DNA of 20,483 bases. Origin: Bdellovibrionota bacterium. GTDB lineage: Bacteria > Bdellovibrionota_C > UBA2361 > JBGSMV01. Below are positions 8,829 to 17,335 of the stretch, piece by piece. The stretch spans positions 1 through 20,483 of the forward strand of contig JBIKWF010000079.1 of the NCBI GenBank assembly GCA_044356455.1, in the 5' to 3' direction. Every line of letters starts with the position of its first letter. The stretch's first letter is position 1. The notes beneath the pieces are model-generated. The model worked only from the letters and a program-made list of their open reading frames with translations, made no database searches and was not told the DNA's origin. Position numbers and translations under genes: made by a program.

Positions 8829-9408
8829 CGGCGCGCTGGGGACAGCGCGCCCTACCCAGGGGCGAGGCATCCTGGTAGGGCGTCCTGTCCCCAGGGCGCC
8901 GCAGGATCTTTCGACCCGCCCCGCGCTGACAAATCGAAACCAATTGGGACGGGCCGTGGGATCTTTAGGCACGCCGGGGACGGCGCGCCCTACCCACGGG
9001 GGCTACATCTTGGTAGGGCGCCGCGTCCCTGCGGTGCCGCATGATCTTCCAACTTACCCCGTGGCTGCAAATCGGAACGAATTGGGACGAGCCACGAGAT
9101 CTTTCGGCACGCTGAGGACAGCGCGCCCTACCCAGGGGCGGAGCATCTTGGTAGGTCGTCCTGTCCCCAGGACGCCGCAGGATCTTTCGACCCGCCCCGC
9201 GCTGACAAATCGAAACCAATTGGGACGGGCCGTGAGTTCTTTAGGCACGCCGGGGACAGCGCGCCCTACCCACGGGCGTCGCATCTTGGTAGGGCGTCCT
9301 GTCCCCAGGGCGCCGCATGATCTTCCAACTTGCCCCGTGGCTGCAAATCGGAACCAATTGGGACGAGCCACGAGATCTATCGGCACGCTGAGGACAGCGC
9401 GCCCTACC
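8829..9408. repeat. BIME/REPIN-like array of nine alternately oriented GTAG-family REP elements, 138-bp period
   Basis: Minus REPs at 8829, 8967, 9105, 9243, 9381 and plus REPs at 8874, 9012, 9150, 9288. Each is GTAG + 9-bp stem + TCCC/TCCT loop. 17-nt and 65-nt linkers alternate. Lies between convergent genes. Confidence 0.92.
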
Positions 9409-9458
9409 TAGGGTTGCAGCATCATCAAGAGGGCACGGGGGGACACAGAAGCGCGTTC

Positions 9459-11000
9459 TCAAGAAGCCGCCGAAGGCTCCACAAATTCAGCCTCTTTAAG
9501 ACGCTTGGCGTGAAAATGTCTCGCGACTAAAGGATAGCTGAGCGCTACCGCAATACCCGCCAAGGATTCGAGCATCCCCTCTCCTGCCACAAACCACTTG
9601 TTGTTAAAAAAGCCAAATAGCCCCGCCGCTACCCCGAGTCCTATCTGAGCGCTTACCCCAATAAGGGTGTGACCAATGCGAAAGGGAACATTAAGAATAG
9701 CATCGTTAAATGCTGCCTTGCAGCGCTGAGCGAAACTAAGCTGCCCGGCCAAATCGCCCACCGTGGGATGATTCGCGAGTTTCCCGAGCTTCGAAGCAGT
9801 GTCATAAATTGCCCCTGCTGAGGACAAAATGGTCCCCACACTACACGCGATTGCAAAGGTCACGCCTGCAACCACTTTCTGTGTCGGAGTGGTCGCTTGG
9901 CTGAATAGCTGAGCTGCATAGTGCCCCATAAACGCAGAGAGCGGAATGCTCACCACACCAAGCGCAATCGCGCTTTTTGCGTCCATGAATTTTTCTTTGA
10001 GCGTGAGTCCCGCCTTGCGAAACGACTGATAGATATTCGGCCCAATAGAGCCGAACACATCATCGAGCGCTCCTCCCACGGAGTGCATCAACGCCGGAGC
10101 GAATTTATCCAAAAGCTGAACCGCTCCCAAGACAGGCGCGCATACAATCATCGACTCTTTGAGCGCGTGATGCTGCTCATTCAGTGAAATTTGTTTCACC
10201 ACACGCACCCAATGCTTGTCCTCAAAACCTCCCTTGCCCTCGAGCTGCTGATTCATTTGGCGCGCAATCGCCTCGGCCTCGGGATTATCGCCCGTGGTCA
10301 TAAGCCGCACGGTTGCGAAGCTAAGAAAGCGCTGAAGACGCTCAGACAAAGGCAAACGTTCACGGTAACGCGGATCGGCCCACAGGGACATCATGCCCCC
10401 CAAATGCTCTTTGGTGACCTTAACGATTTCATCAACGGCCTCTTGAGGCGGATCTTTCACGAGAATCAAGATCGCGCTTTCATGTGCCGCAAGTATTCCC
10501 CTTAGTCCCTTGGCGTATGATTTTGAAAGAGGAAGCTCAGGGGCATAAAGCTGCTCAGCGGTATGAATGACATACATATCGAGCTTGGAATTTACGAGCT
10601 TTATCACGGCCTCAAAGTGTGGTCCCAAGAGAGAGGGTTCTTGAATCCGCCCGCGAAGATCGTACTGCAAAACTCCCCGATAGTTATCAAGCTCGAGCAA
10701 AGCTTTTGCTAAGAGTTCTTTGGGCTCCATGGAGAATTTGGCAGCGACCTTCCCAAGCTCTTGGTGATACAGCAGCATGGGGACACCATCGTCGCGGGCC
10801 AAGAAAATCTTATTGATTACTTCGCGATGCGCTTCGCGAAGGAGCTGTCCGCGAGGCTCGGGGGCGAGACGTCTCGCGCCACCTTGCGGTAAAGTCTCCA
10901 CGTGTAAATTGGGCCCTGGCGTATGCTCAGGCGGAGGGCGTTGATAAGCCTGGCTTGCCGCGGATCGGATACTTGGGGCTGCGTTCGCTGAGTGAGGCAT
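9459..11000 (-). CDS. Hypothetical membrane protein (soluble N-terminal region, multi-pass C-terminal region)
   Basis: 513-aa uninterrupted ORF with a Pro-rich N-terminus and helical middle. Several Gly/Ala-rich hydrophobic segments after about residue 280. Confidence 0.8.
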   Translation of the reverse strand: MPHSANAAPSIRSAASQAYQRPPPEHTPGPNLHVETLPQGGARRLAPEPRGQLLREAHREVINKIFLARDDGVPMLLYHQELGKVAAKFSMEPKELLAKALLELDNYRGVLQYDLRGRIQEPSLLGPHFEAVIKLVNSKLDMYVIHTAEQLYAPELPLSKSYAKGLRGILAAHESAILILVKDPPQEAVDEIVKVTKEHLGGMMSLWADPRYRERLPLSERLQRFLSFATVRLMTTGDNPEAEAIARQMNQQLEGKGGFEDKHWVRVVKQISLNEQHHALKESMIVCAPVLGAVQLLDKFAPALMHSVGGALDDVFGSIGPNIYQSFRKAGLTLKEKFMDAKSAIALGVVSIPLSAFMGHYAAQLFSQATTPTQKVVAGVTFAIACSVGTILSSAGAIYDTASKLGKLANHPTVGDLAGQLSFAQRCKAAFNDAILNVPFRIGHTLIGVSAQIGLGVAAGLFGFFNNKWFVAGEGMLESLAGIAVALSYPLVARHFHAKRLKEAEFVEPSAAS

Positions 11001-11101
11001 AACGCGACTCTTAGGCTTGCAGAGCGTATTCTTTAACGCCTACCTAAGGGGTTATGGCTGGCCTAGAACGAAGCGTCAGGAGGCTCCGTAAAGCACTGTT
11101 C

Positions 11102-11176
11102 CAAATGGCACAGCTACAAGTGACGCAGCTACAAATGACACAGCTATAAATGACACGACTCGATATGGCACTGCGA
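11102..11176. repeat. Degenerate 15-bp tandem repeat, five units
   Basis: CAAATGGCACAGCTA / CAAGTGACGCAGCTA / CAAATGACACAGCTA / TAAATGACACGACTC / GATATGGCACTGCGA. Confidence 0.8.
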
Positions 11177-11186
11177 GCAGTAAGGA

Positions 11187-13325
11187 TTAGAAATTGACTA
11201 CTGCCGCCTCAGAAGCCTCAAGGGCCTCCTCCTGCGGATTGGCAAGGGCGACCTGCCCCGATGCTTCATCGAAATCAATGTATACCAGATTACGAACGCC
11301 TTCTTTGACGTCATCAAGATGCGTAATAATCAGTATCTGCTCAAAACGATTACTGAGCTTCTCAAGGAGCGTGAGCACATTCGTACGCCTCTGCTCGTCG
11401 AGAGAGCCAAAAACCTCGTCTAGAATAAGCAATGAGAACGAGTGTCCTGCCCTCTCAGCAAGCATCTGCGACAAGGCAAGTCGCATGCAAAGATTAAGGA
11501 TATCCTCCTCCCCGCCGCTTATTACGGGTTTCGCTTCTCCCTCATCGATCACCGTCGGCGCAAAGTCTGTCGCCACTTCTATCGTCGTGTATCGGCCATC
11601 CGTGAGATCGGAAATAAACTCACTTGCAATCTCCGCAAGCCGAGGCCGAATAGAAGAATTCACATGGCGCCGGAATTCCGTCAAAAAGGTATCGGTTTCT
11701 TCAAGTGTCAGTAGCTCTTCTCGCATCTTATCGAGCTCACGCACGCGGGCGTCATACTCAATCAATTGAGTCTTGGTACGTGCAACTAGCGCTTGACGCG
11801 TTCCTAAATCGCCTTCCACTCGCACGCGCTGAAGGCGCGCGACGTTGGTGAGGCTTTGTGCTGCATCAAAAGCCCCTTTATCTCGAGAATAGATCTCTTC
11901 AGAGTATACGAGTTCTTCGAGTTGTTTCGCGTGAGTACGCACCGCTTCAGCAAGTTCCGCAATTTCGAGATGCGCCTTCTGCTCTGCCGCAATCTGCCTC
12001 TCAAGCTCGTGAGCCTGCCGCATCGCTGCATCAAGATCCCTGAGGGAGGCTCTTAAGGCTTCGAGAGTGTGCTCTCGCTCTGCGATACTCTTGCGCAGGG
12101 AGACGAGTACCTCCGGCTCTTGGTTCGCTGCCTTCGCACTCGCCTTTGAATCGTCCACCCTTAGGCGTATCGAAACAAGAACCTGCTCTTCTTTCTCCAA
12201 TACGTCAGCAAAGCGGCTGCCAAGTTCCTGCCCACAGGTGGGGCATTCACCCTTCTTCTGCAGAGAAGATAGCTCTTTGAGCCTTTCGCTGCGCTCCTTG
12301 TGCTGAGCTTCAGCTACTCGAAAAGCAGCTTCTTCAGCCGTGCGCTGCTCTATCCACGCCCGCTCGGCCGCCTCTTTCTTTTCTCGGGCCCTTTTTACTT
12401 CTTCTTGGCATGCAGTTAGGTCTGCGCTGCGTTCGTCTAACAGAGCCTTAAGGTCTTCGACTCGCTCAGTCCCCCACGCACGCCACTTTGCTTCGAGAGC
12501 CGATGAAAGTTCTTTTCTTTGCGCCTGAATATCTCCGAGCGCCCGTGTGCGCTCCTCATGGCGAGTTTGCTTCTCTTGAAGCAGCCGAGAAAGGGCGCGC
12601 CACTCCTTATGTTTCGCTTCTGACTGTGAAAAATGCAGGCGCGCCTTTTCGTACTGCGCTTCTGCCTGGGTTAGGGCAAGAGCTGCCTCCTTGAGCGAGG
12701 CATCTAGGCTAACCACTGCCTCTTGTTCCTGAGCGAGCTGCGCTTCAAGCTGCTCCTTACTTCCCAAGCCTGCTTCCCAGCCACTCAGGGTACCCTTTTT
12801 CTCCTTTCGCTCAGCCCGAAGAAGCTCCTGAACTTTTTCGAAGCGATCATAGCCCATGAGCCGAAGGATAAACTTCTCTCTCTCCGTGGCGCCCTTTTGA
12901 CCAGACAAGAATTCAAGACCTTTTTGCTCCGTAAAGTAGGTGGCAAAAAACTCCTCTAAACTCATCCCTACGCTACTCGCCACGACGGAAGCTACTTCTC
13001 TTGAACCCGTGGCAATTGGACTGCTAGAGCCCCCCTGGTACACCGATGCCGAACTGCCCACGCGCTCTATGCGCAGCGTTTGTCCTTCATGCTCGAACAC
13101 CAGCGTCACCGAAGGTTCTGCGTCTTTGGGTGCTCCCCGTGTACATGCTTCGTCAAGCTTCCCCCGCAAGGCGCGGGTGCCATATAGTGCAAACGCGATA
13201 GCCTCCACTATCGTGGTTTTTCCCGCGCCGTTTGGTCCAATGATACCGGTGATACCATCGCCAAACGAAAGAGAGGTACGGCGATGCTGACGAAAATTCT
13301 CAAGCTCAAGCTGGACGAGTTTCAT
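11187..13325 (-). CDS. sbcC: SbcC/Rad50-family SMC-like ATPase
   Basis: Walker A GPNGAGKT, coiled coils, central zinc hook CPTCG, signature ISGGE, Walker B/D-loop LILDEVFGSLD, H-loop IITH. Overlaps the sbcD stop. Confidence 0.95.
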   Translation of the reverse strand: MKLVQLELENFRQHRRTSLSFGDGITGIIGPNGAGKTTIVEAIAFALYGTRALRGKLDEACTRGAPKDAEPSVTLVFEHEGQTLRIERVGSSASVYQGGSSSPIATGSREVASVVASSVGMSLEEFFATYFTEQKGLEFLSGQKGATEREKFILRLMGYDRFEKVQELLRAERKEKKGTLSGWEAGLGSKEQLEAQLAQEQEAVVSLDASLKEAALALTQAEAQYEKARLHFSQSEAKHKEWRALSRLLQEKQTRHEERTRALGDIQAQRKELSSALEAKWRAWGTERVEDLKALLDERSADLTACQEEVKRAREKKEAAERAWIEQRTAEEAAFRVAEAQHKERSERLKELSSLQKKGECPTCGQELGSRFADVLEKEEQVLVSIRLRVDDSKASAKAANQEPEVLVSLRKSIAEREHTLEALRASLRDLDAAMRQAHELERQIAAEQKAHLEIAELAEAVRTHAKQLEELVYSEEIYSRDKGAFDAAQSLTNVARLQRVRVEGDLGTRQALVARTKTQLIEYDARVRELDKMREELLTLEETDTFLTEFRRHVNSSIRPRLAEIASEFISDLTDGRYTTIEVATDFAPTVIDEGEAKPVISGGEEDILNLCMRLALSQMLAERAGHSFSLLILDEVFGSLDEQRRTNVLTLLEKLSNRFEQILIITHLDDVKEGVRNLVYIDFDEASGQVALANPQEEALEASEAAVVNF

Positions 13326-14487
13326 CTTGTTCCTCCAGCTGTTTCAAGAAGCGCTCCACCGTACTCACCAGCCTCGGTGCCTTCACGGCGGCACCCGGTA
13401 GCTGCTCAGCAAACGCAAGAAGGTCCTCGCGCAGCGGGCGGCGCATCGCACGCTTTGGGGTTACGTCACTGCTCCGGGCATTGGGGGGGCGCACATCGAG
13501 AGTCAAGTTCAGCGCACGCGAGCGAAAACTCCTCAAGGCTTTATGGTCGAGCGCGCGAAACTGGTCGCGCGTCACATTCGCAAGCTCAAGGCGTATCATT
13601 TTCCCTTCGATTCCACCTGGAACTCCCTCCAGTGACTGCGCGATGCGCTCCATAATTTCAGGAGGAGTAAGGTAGAGTCCATCTATGGGCGCAATCACCG
13701 CAATTTCACGTGGCGAAGTTAGAGTGTGAAACGTGCGCTTTCCTTCAGGGAAATCGACGGTAAGAAAACCCTTATTCTCCTTTGCTCCATTCCACATATT
13801 CGCACTAGTGTGCTCAAGGGAGCCTGAGTAGGCAGCGTTGTGGCCCACATCGAGCCTAGAGTGAACATGCCCAAGCGCAATGTATTCCCATTCATGTGGC
13901 GCGAGCTTTGCGAGCTCAATATCGATACCACCAAAATCGCTGACGAGGCGTGGGTCAACCTGAGCATGAGCCACTAAAATATTATAGCGCCTCTTATCAT
14001 CGGCGCGAATGAGGCCCATTTGAGGATCGAAAATTTCTGGCTGACTAAGCACCGCATGGGGCAAGCAAAGAACAGAAGCGTCAAGTTCGGGAAAATCAAA
14101 GCGCTCCATCCCAGAATCTGCGACGCGCATGCCAGGAATTTCGCCAAAAAGCCTAATGAGAGAACCGCTATCGGTGCGGCGCGGCGTGTCATGATTGCCT
14201 GCGATCAGTACAATAGGAGCACGCGTACCCTCAGCAAGCTTGCGAAGCTCACGAAAGGCAAAAGTGATTATGGCGTTCGAGGGCCTCACGGTGTGAAACA
14301 AATCGCCGGCAATGATGGTGAGCTGAGGCTTAAGAAGTACCGCCCGTTCAATAGCCTCCCGAAAGGCCAGGCTGACATCGGCCTCACGCTGGTTAAACCC
14401 CTGGGGCGTGAGACGGTTAAAGCGCCTGTAGCCAAGATGAACATCGGCAAGGTGGCAGACGCGAAGCTTAGGAGATGTAGTTGGCAT
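13306..14487 (-). CDS. sbcD: SbcD/Mre11-family metallophosphoesterase nuclease
   Basis: Motifs ADVHLG, AGDLFH, AGNHD, VAHA, ALGHVH, YSGSLE. Directly upstream of sbcC. Confidence 0.95.
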   Translation of the reverse strand: MPTTSPKLRVCHLADVHLGYRRFNRLTPQGFNQREADVSLAFREAIERAVLLKPQLTIIAGDLFHTVRPSNAIITFAFRELRKLAEGTRAPIVLIAGNHDTPRRTDSGSLIRLFGEIPGMRVADSGMERFDFPELDASVLCLPHAVLSQPEIFDPQMGLIRADDKRRYNILVAHAQVDPRLVSDFGGIDIELAKLAPHEWEYIALGHVHSRLDVGHNAAYSGSLEHTSANMWNGAKENKGFLTVDFPEGKRTFHTLTSPREIAVIAPIDGLYLTPPEIMERIAQSLEGVPGGIEGKMIRLELANVTRDQFRALDHKALRSFRSRALNLTLDVRPPNARSSDVTPKRAMRRPLREDLLAFAEQLPGAAVKAPRLVSTVERFLKQLEEQDETRPA

Positions 14488-14494
14488 CGCCGGG

Positions 14495-14500
14495 AGTATA
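14495..14500 (-). promoter_or_regulatory. Putative -10 box (TATACT) 7 nt upstream of the sbcD ATG
   Basis: Minus strand reads TATACT-CCCGGCG-ATG. No SD is visible and the -35 match is poor. Confidence 0.4.
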
Positions 14501-14677
14501 ACGCGATGAAGGAATTCTTCCAGGGGCTCGATGGGAAACCGTCTATTTCGAGGCCCCCAGCAGGCCAGAATATCGGAAAAAGGCCGTCCTCCGCTGCCTT
14601 TCCCTGCACAAGCGTGATTTGACTTGAGTAACAGCTACTTCGACGCTAAGTTCCCGCAACGAGGTGAAGGCAGTTCC

Positions 14678-15967
14678 ATGCGATTTATTAGCTGTTCGGC
14701 GGGAAGCCCTGAATACGAATTCTTAAGAACCGGCTACTGGGCTGGCGCCGCGGGAAGCGCCCCTTTAGAGCTTTCCGTTCCCAAGCGCCCCTCCCCCATT
14801 CGCCCGGATCAAAGTTTCGAGTCTTTTGTTACCGGGGAACCAAACGTAAAGGCGTGGTCGACGCTCCAAGAGTATGCAGCTTCTGCGCGCGCTTCGCGCG
14901 CCGCGAAAACGGTTCTCCTTGAAGGCCCTCCCGACCACGGCAAGAGCCATCTTCTTAATGCGCTGAGAGCTGCCTGGGAAAAAAACCCCACATCCCCTAA
15001 AAGCGATCTGATCTCAGCACCTCAGCTTGAAGTCGATCTCGCCCTATGCACCGAAGCCCATTCTCGGCGAAAACTGCTCAGCTCCATAGCGTCTCATTCG
15101 CTAGTGTGCCTCGATCACGTTGACTATATGCTCGGCAACCCTGCACTAGCCGCTGCACTCCCCGAAGTAGTTGAGGGTGCCTTATTGAGGGGCGCACTTG
15201 TCATCATTGCCTCTCAGGACGGTGCGGCTCTCATCTCAAGGCTCAGTAAAGGCCCCTTGCGTCAAGCACTCCTTAAGGCGGAGACACTAACTCTTAAGCC
15301 ACTTACTCGAGAACTTCGAACAAATCTGCTTTGCGAATTCGCCCGTCAACAAGAAGTGCGCCTCTCGCAAGAGGCACTTACGATGCTTACCTCAGTCTCT
15401 GAAAGGCGATCTGTCTCCGATCTCCGCGGCCTGATTACCCAAATACGAGCCTTCCGAAGAGAACTTCCCCACCTCACGCAAGATCCACTTAGACTGGTCG
15501 AGGCACCAGAGGTCCGACTCGCGCTGCTGTCACGTTCCTGCGGGGGACAGTACGGCGCGACCATGGGCCCCGACGCGTTGCAATGCGGCAGAGTTTCTCT
15601 GAAGGCCCTACAGATGGCGATCTTAGCTACTTTTAATTGCGATGAAGCGCGGTTCAACTCACGAAGTCGAGCGAGAGAACTCGTCTTCGCCCGAGCAGTG
15701 TTTGTATACTTAGCCCGCACCATCACACATCCCCAGCCGAGCTTTCCAGAAATTGTAAGATATATCTCATGCGGCAAGTCTCACAGCACTGCGGTAACGG
15801 CCTATCAGCGGCTTCAGCAAAGGCTCACCACGGATCCCCTTGAAATACCGCCTGAACTTTCGTTCACTAACAATACGCGGTCACTTGCAGAGATTGTTGG
15901 CGGAGTCGAAGAATTTGCCAAGGAATTGACGAGCCTTTCCCTCATGAAAATCTTCGGAAAGAGATAG
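14678..15967 (+). CDS. Degenerate DnaA paralogue (AAA+ domain III plus DNA-binding domain IV; no domains I/II)
   Basis: SFESFVTGEPN matches DnaA TFDNFVEGKSN; GPPDHGKSHLLNA is Walker A. The C-terminal SRSRARELVFARAVFVYLAR..SFPEI..GKSHSTAVTA matches domain IV. ATG 14678 follows GAGGTGAAGG; the ORF track start is TTG 14624. Confidence 0.85.
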   Translation: MRFISCSAGSPEYEFLRTGYWAGAAGSAPLELSVPKRPSPIRPDQSFESFVTGEPNVKAWSTLQEYAASARASRAAKTVLLEGPPDHGKSHLLNALRAAWEKNPTSPKSDLISAPQLEVDLALCTEAHSRRKLLSSIASHSLVCLDHVDYMLGNPALAAALPEVVEGALLRGALVIIASQDGAALISRLSKGPLRQALLKAETLTLKPLTRELRTNLLCEFARQQEVRLSQEALTMLTSVSERRSVSDLRGLITQIRAFRRELPHLTQDPLRLVEAPEVRLALLSRSCGGQYGATMGPDALQCGRVSLKALQMAILATFNCDEARFNSRSRARELVFARAVFVYLARTITHPQPSFPEIVRYISCGKSHSTAVTAYQRLQQRLTTDPLEIPPELSFTNNTRSLAEIVGGVEEFAKELTSLSLMKIFGKR

Positions 15968-15997
15968 CTCACTTTAGGCAGGGAGGGACGTGCTTGG

Positions 15998-17194
15998 CTA
16001 GCAGAGAGGAGTATCGCCGCGGTATCGTTGCTCAGACTCCGAATCTCCGGCCCCTTGTGTCGGCGCTACCTGGGGAGAGATGGCTGATGGAGCAACGGGG
16101 ACAAGCATGTGCACAAGTGTTCCCTTGCCTTTCTGACTCTCAATTCGAATCTCACCGCCAAGAAGATGCAAGGTGTGATACACGGTCCAAAGCCCAAGGC
16201 CATTCCCTTGAATGCTTACTCCGTTTACGCGATCGAGGTTTTTAGTTGAGAAAAAGGGTTCAAAGGCTCTTTGCAAGACTTCCGCATCCATACCATGGCC
16301 GGTATCTTCCACGCTGAGCATAAGAAATTTTTCTCCCGGCGCGTGTCTTGCTCCAATCCTAACCTCTCCCGTGTGCGGGATGGCCTCTACTGCGTTTCGC
16401 ACTACCGCAAGAAGTAAATCCTCCAATCCTGTTTCTCCAACCTCAAGGGAAGGAGGCAATTCCCCTAACATGAGGGGAAATTCTATTCTGCCCCCTGCCT
16501 GTGCTCGCTGGGAAAGCGAGAACTCCTCGAGGAATTGAACGAGACGCTCCCGTGTAAGCCTACCCTCGTGAGGAGCTCGTTTCACCAAGGCCGCAAGTTT
16601 TCTTGTAAGTACCACTCCTCCTTCGACCGCACGCCGAACGACATCTACATATCGTTCTAATTTCGCATCTCCCTCAACCCCACGGCCAAGAAGTTCCGCA
16701 GCACCAAGGATGCTACCAAAGCAATTGTTGAAATTATGAGCCACTCCCAGCGCAAAAGTACTGACCATCTCTAACTTAACTCCGTGCTGCAAGCGCTGGA
16801 GCTCGCGTGAGCACTCCCTCAGCTCCAATTGATTGCGAAGCCGCGCAAGAAATACTTCGCGATTAAAGGGTTTTGAAACATAATCATTTGCACCTGCTCG
16901 AAGTGCCGCAGAAAGACCCACGTCTTCGGACTGGGTGGTTACCATAATAATGGGAAGTTCTTGCCTTGTGAAACGCGCCCGAAGCTTAGTGAGAGCCTCT
17001 ATGCCGTCCATGCGGGGCATCATGATATCAAGCAGAATTATGGTAGGAGGCGAGCCAAGCAGACAGCGCTCCAAGCACTCGCTGCCATCGGCGACTTCTT
17101 CTGCAATCCACCCCTCCCCTTCAATGAGCTTGCGCAGCAGAACCCTATTAACGGCGACATCGTCAGCAATTAAAATTCTTGGAATTGCCTCCAT
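15998..17194 (-). CDS. Hybrid receiver-histidine kinase (REC-HisKA-HATPase), cytoplasmic
   Basis: REC motifs ILIADD, LLDIMMPRMDG, MVT, YVSKPF. H-box GVAHNFNN, N-box VRNAVEA, G1 EDTGHGM, F-box FEPFFSTK, G2 GNGLGL. ATG 17194 follows GAGGGAG. Confidence 0.93.
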   Translation of the reverse strand: MEAIPRILIADDVAVNRVLLRKLIEGEGWIAEEVADGSECLERCLLGSPPTIILLDIMMPRMDGIEALTKLRARFTRQELPIIMVTTQSEDVGLSAALRAGANDYVSKPFNREVFLARLRNQLELRECSRELQRLQHGVKLEMVSTFALGVAHNFNNCFGSILGAAELLGRGVEGDAKLERYVDVVRRAVEGGVVLTRKLAALVKRAPHEGRLTRERLVQFLEEFSLSQRAQAGGRIEFPLMLGELPPSLEVGETGLEDLLLAVVRNAVEAIPHTGEVRIGARHAPGEKFLMLSVEDTGHGMDAEVLQRAFEPFFSTKNLDRVNGVSIQGNGLGLWTVYHTLHLLGGEIRIESQKGKGTLVHMLVPVAPSAISPQVAPTQGAGDSESEQRYRGDTPLC

Positions 17195-17267
17195 GAGCTC
17201 CCTCAATCAGCGTGCGCGTACACCACGCCCAGAGGGGATCGTCATCGCGTGCCGAAAGCTCATTATT

Positions 17268-17283
17268 TTGGCGCGCATTTTGC
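17268..17283 (+). promoter_or_regulatory. Putative sigma-54 (-24/-12) promoter
   Basis: TTGGCGCGCATTTTGC = GG-N10-GC, close to the TGGCACG-N4-TTGC consensus. Intergenic, about 50 nt upstream of ATG 17336. Confidence 0.6.
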
Positions 17284-17335
17284 CTTAAGAAGTGTGCGTT
17301 GCTGCATGTATTCCTTTGCCCCCAAGAGAATTCAC

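Noticed and set aside
8829..9408. CRISPR array
   Set aside because: Repeats alternate in orientation, the linkers are near-identical copies rather than unique spacers, and no cas genes are present.
8676..9530. Several ORFs across the repeat array (e.g. 8944..9411 +, 9054..9386 -)
   Set aside because: The 138-bp period is a multiple of three, so a GC-rich repeat stays open in many frames. The products merely mirror the DNA palindromes.
11187..14487. SMC-based defence system (Wadjet/Lamassu-like)
   Set aside because: A zinc hook plus an Mre11-type partner indicates ordinary SbcCD, with no kleisin/KITE or effector genes.
14020..14622. 200-aa plus-strand ORF
   Set aside because: Antisense shadow of the well-supported sbcD; no motifs.
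14488..14677. oriC upstream of the DnaA-like gene
   Set aside because: No TTATCCACA-like boxes, AT-rich unwinding element or dnaN/rpmH context seen by eye.
14624..15967. Canonical dnaA or hda assignment
   Set aside because: It lacks domains I/II and key AAA+ residues needed for DnaA. It has domain IV and lacks the arginine finger, unlike Hda.
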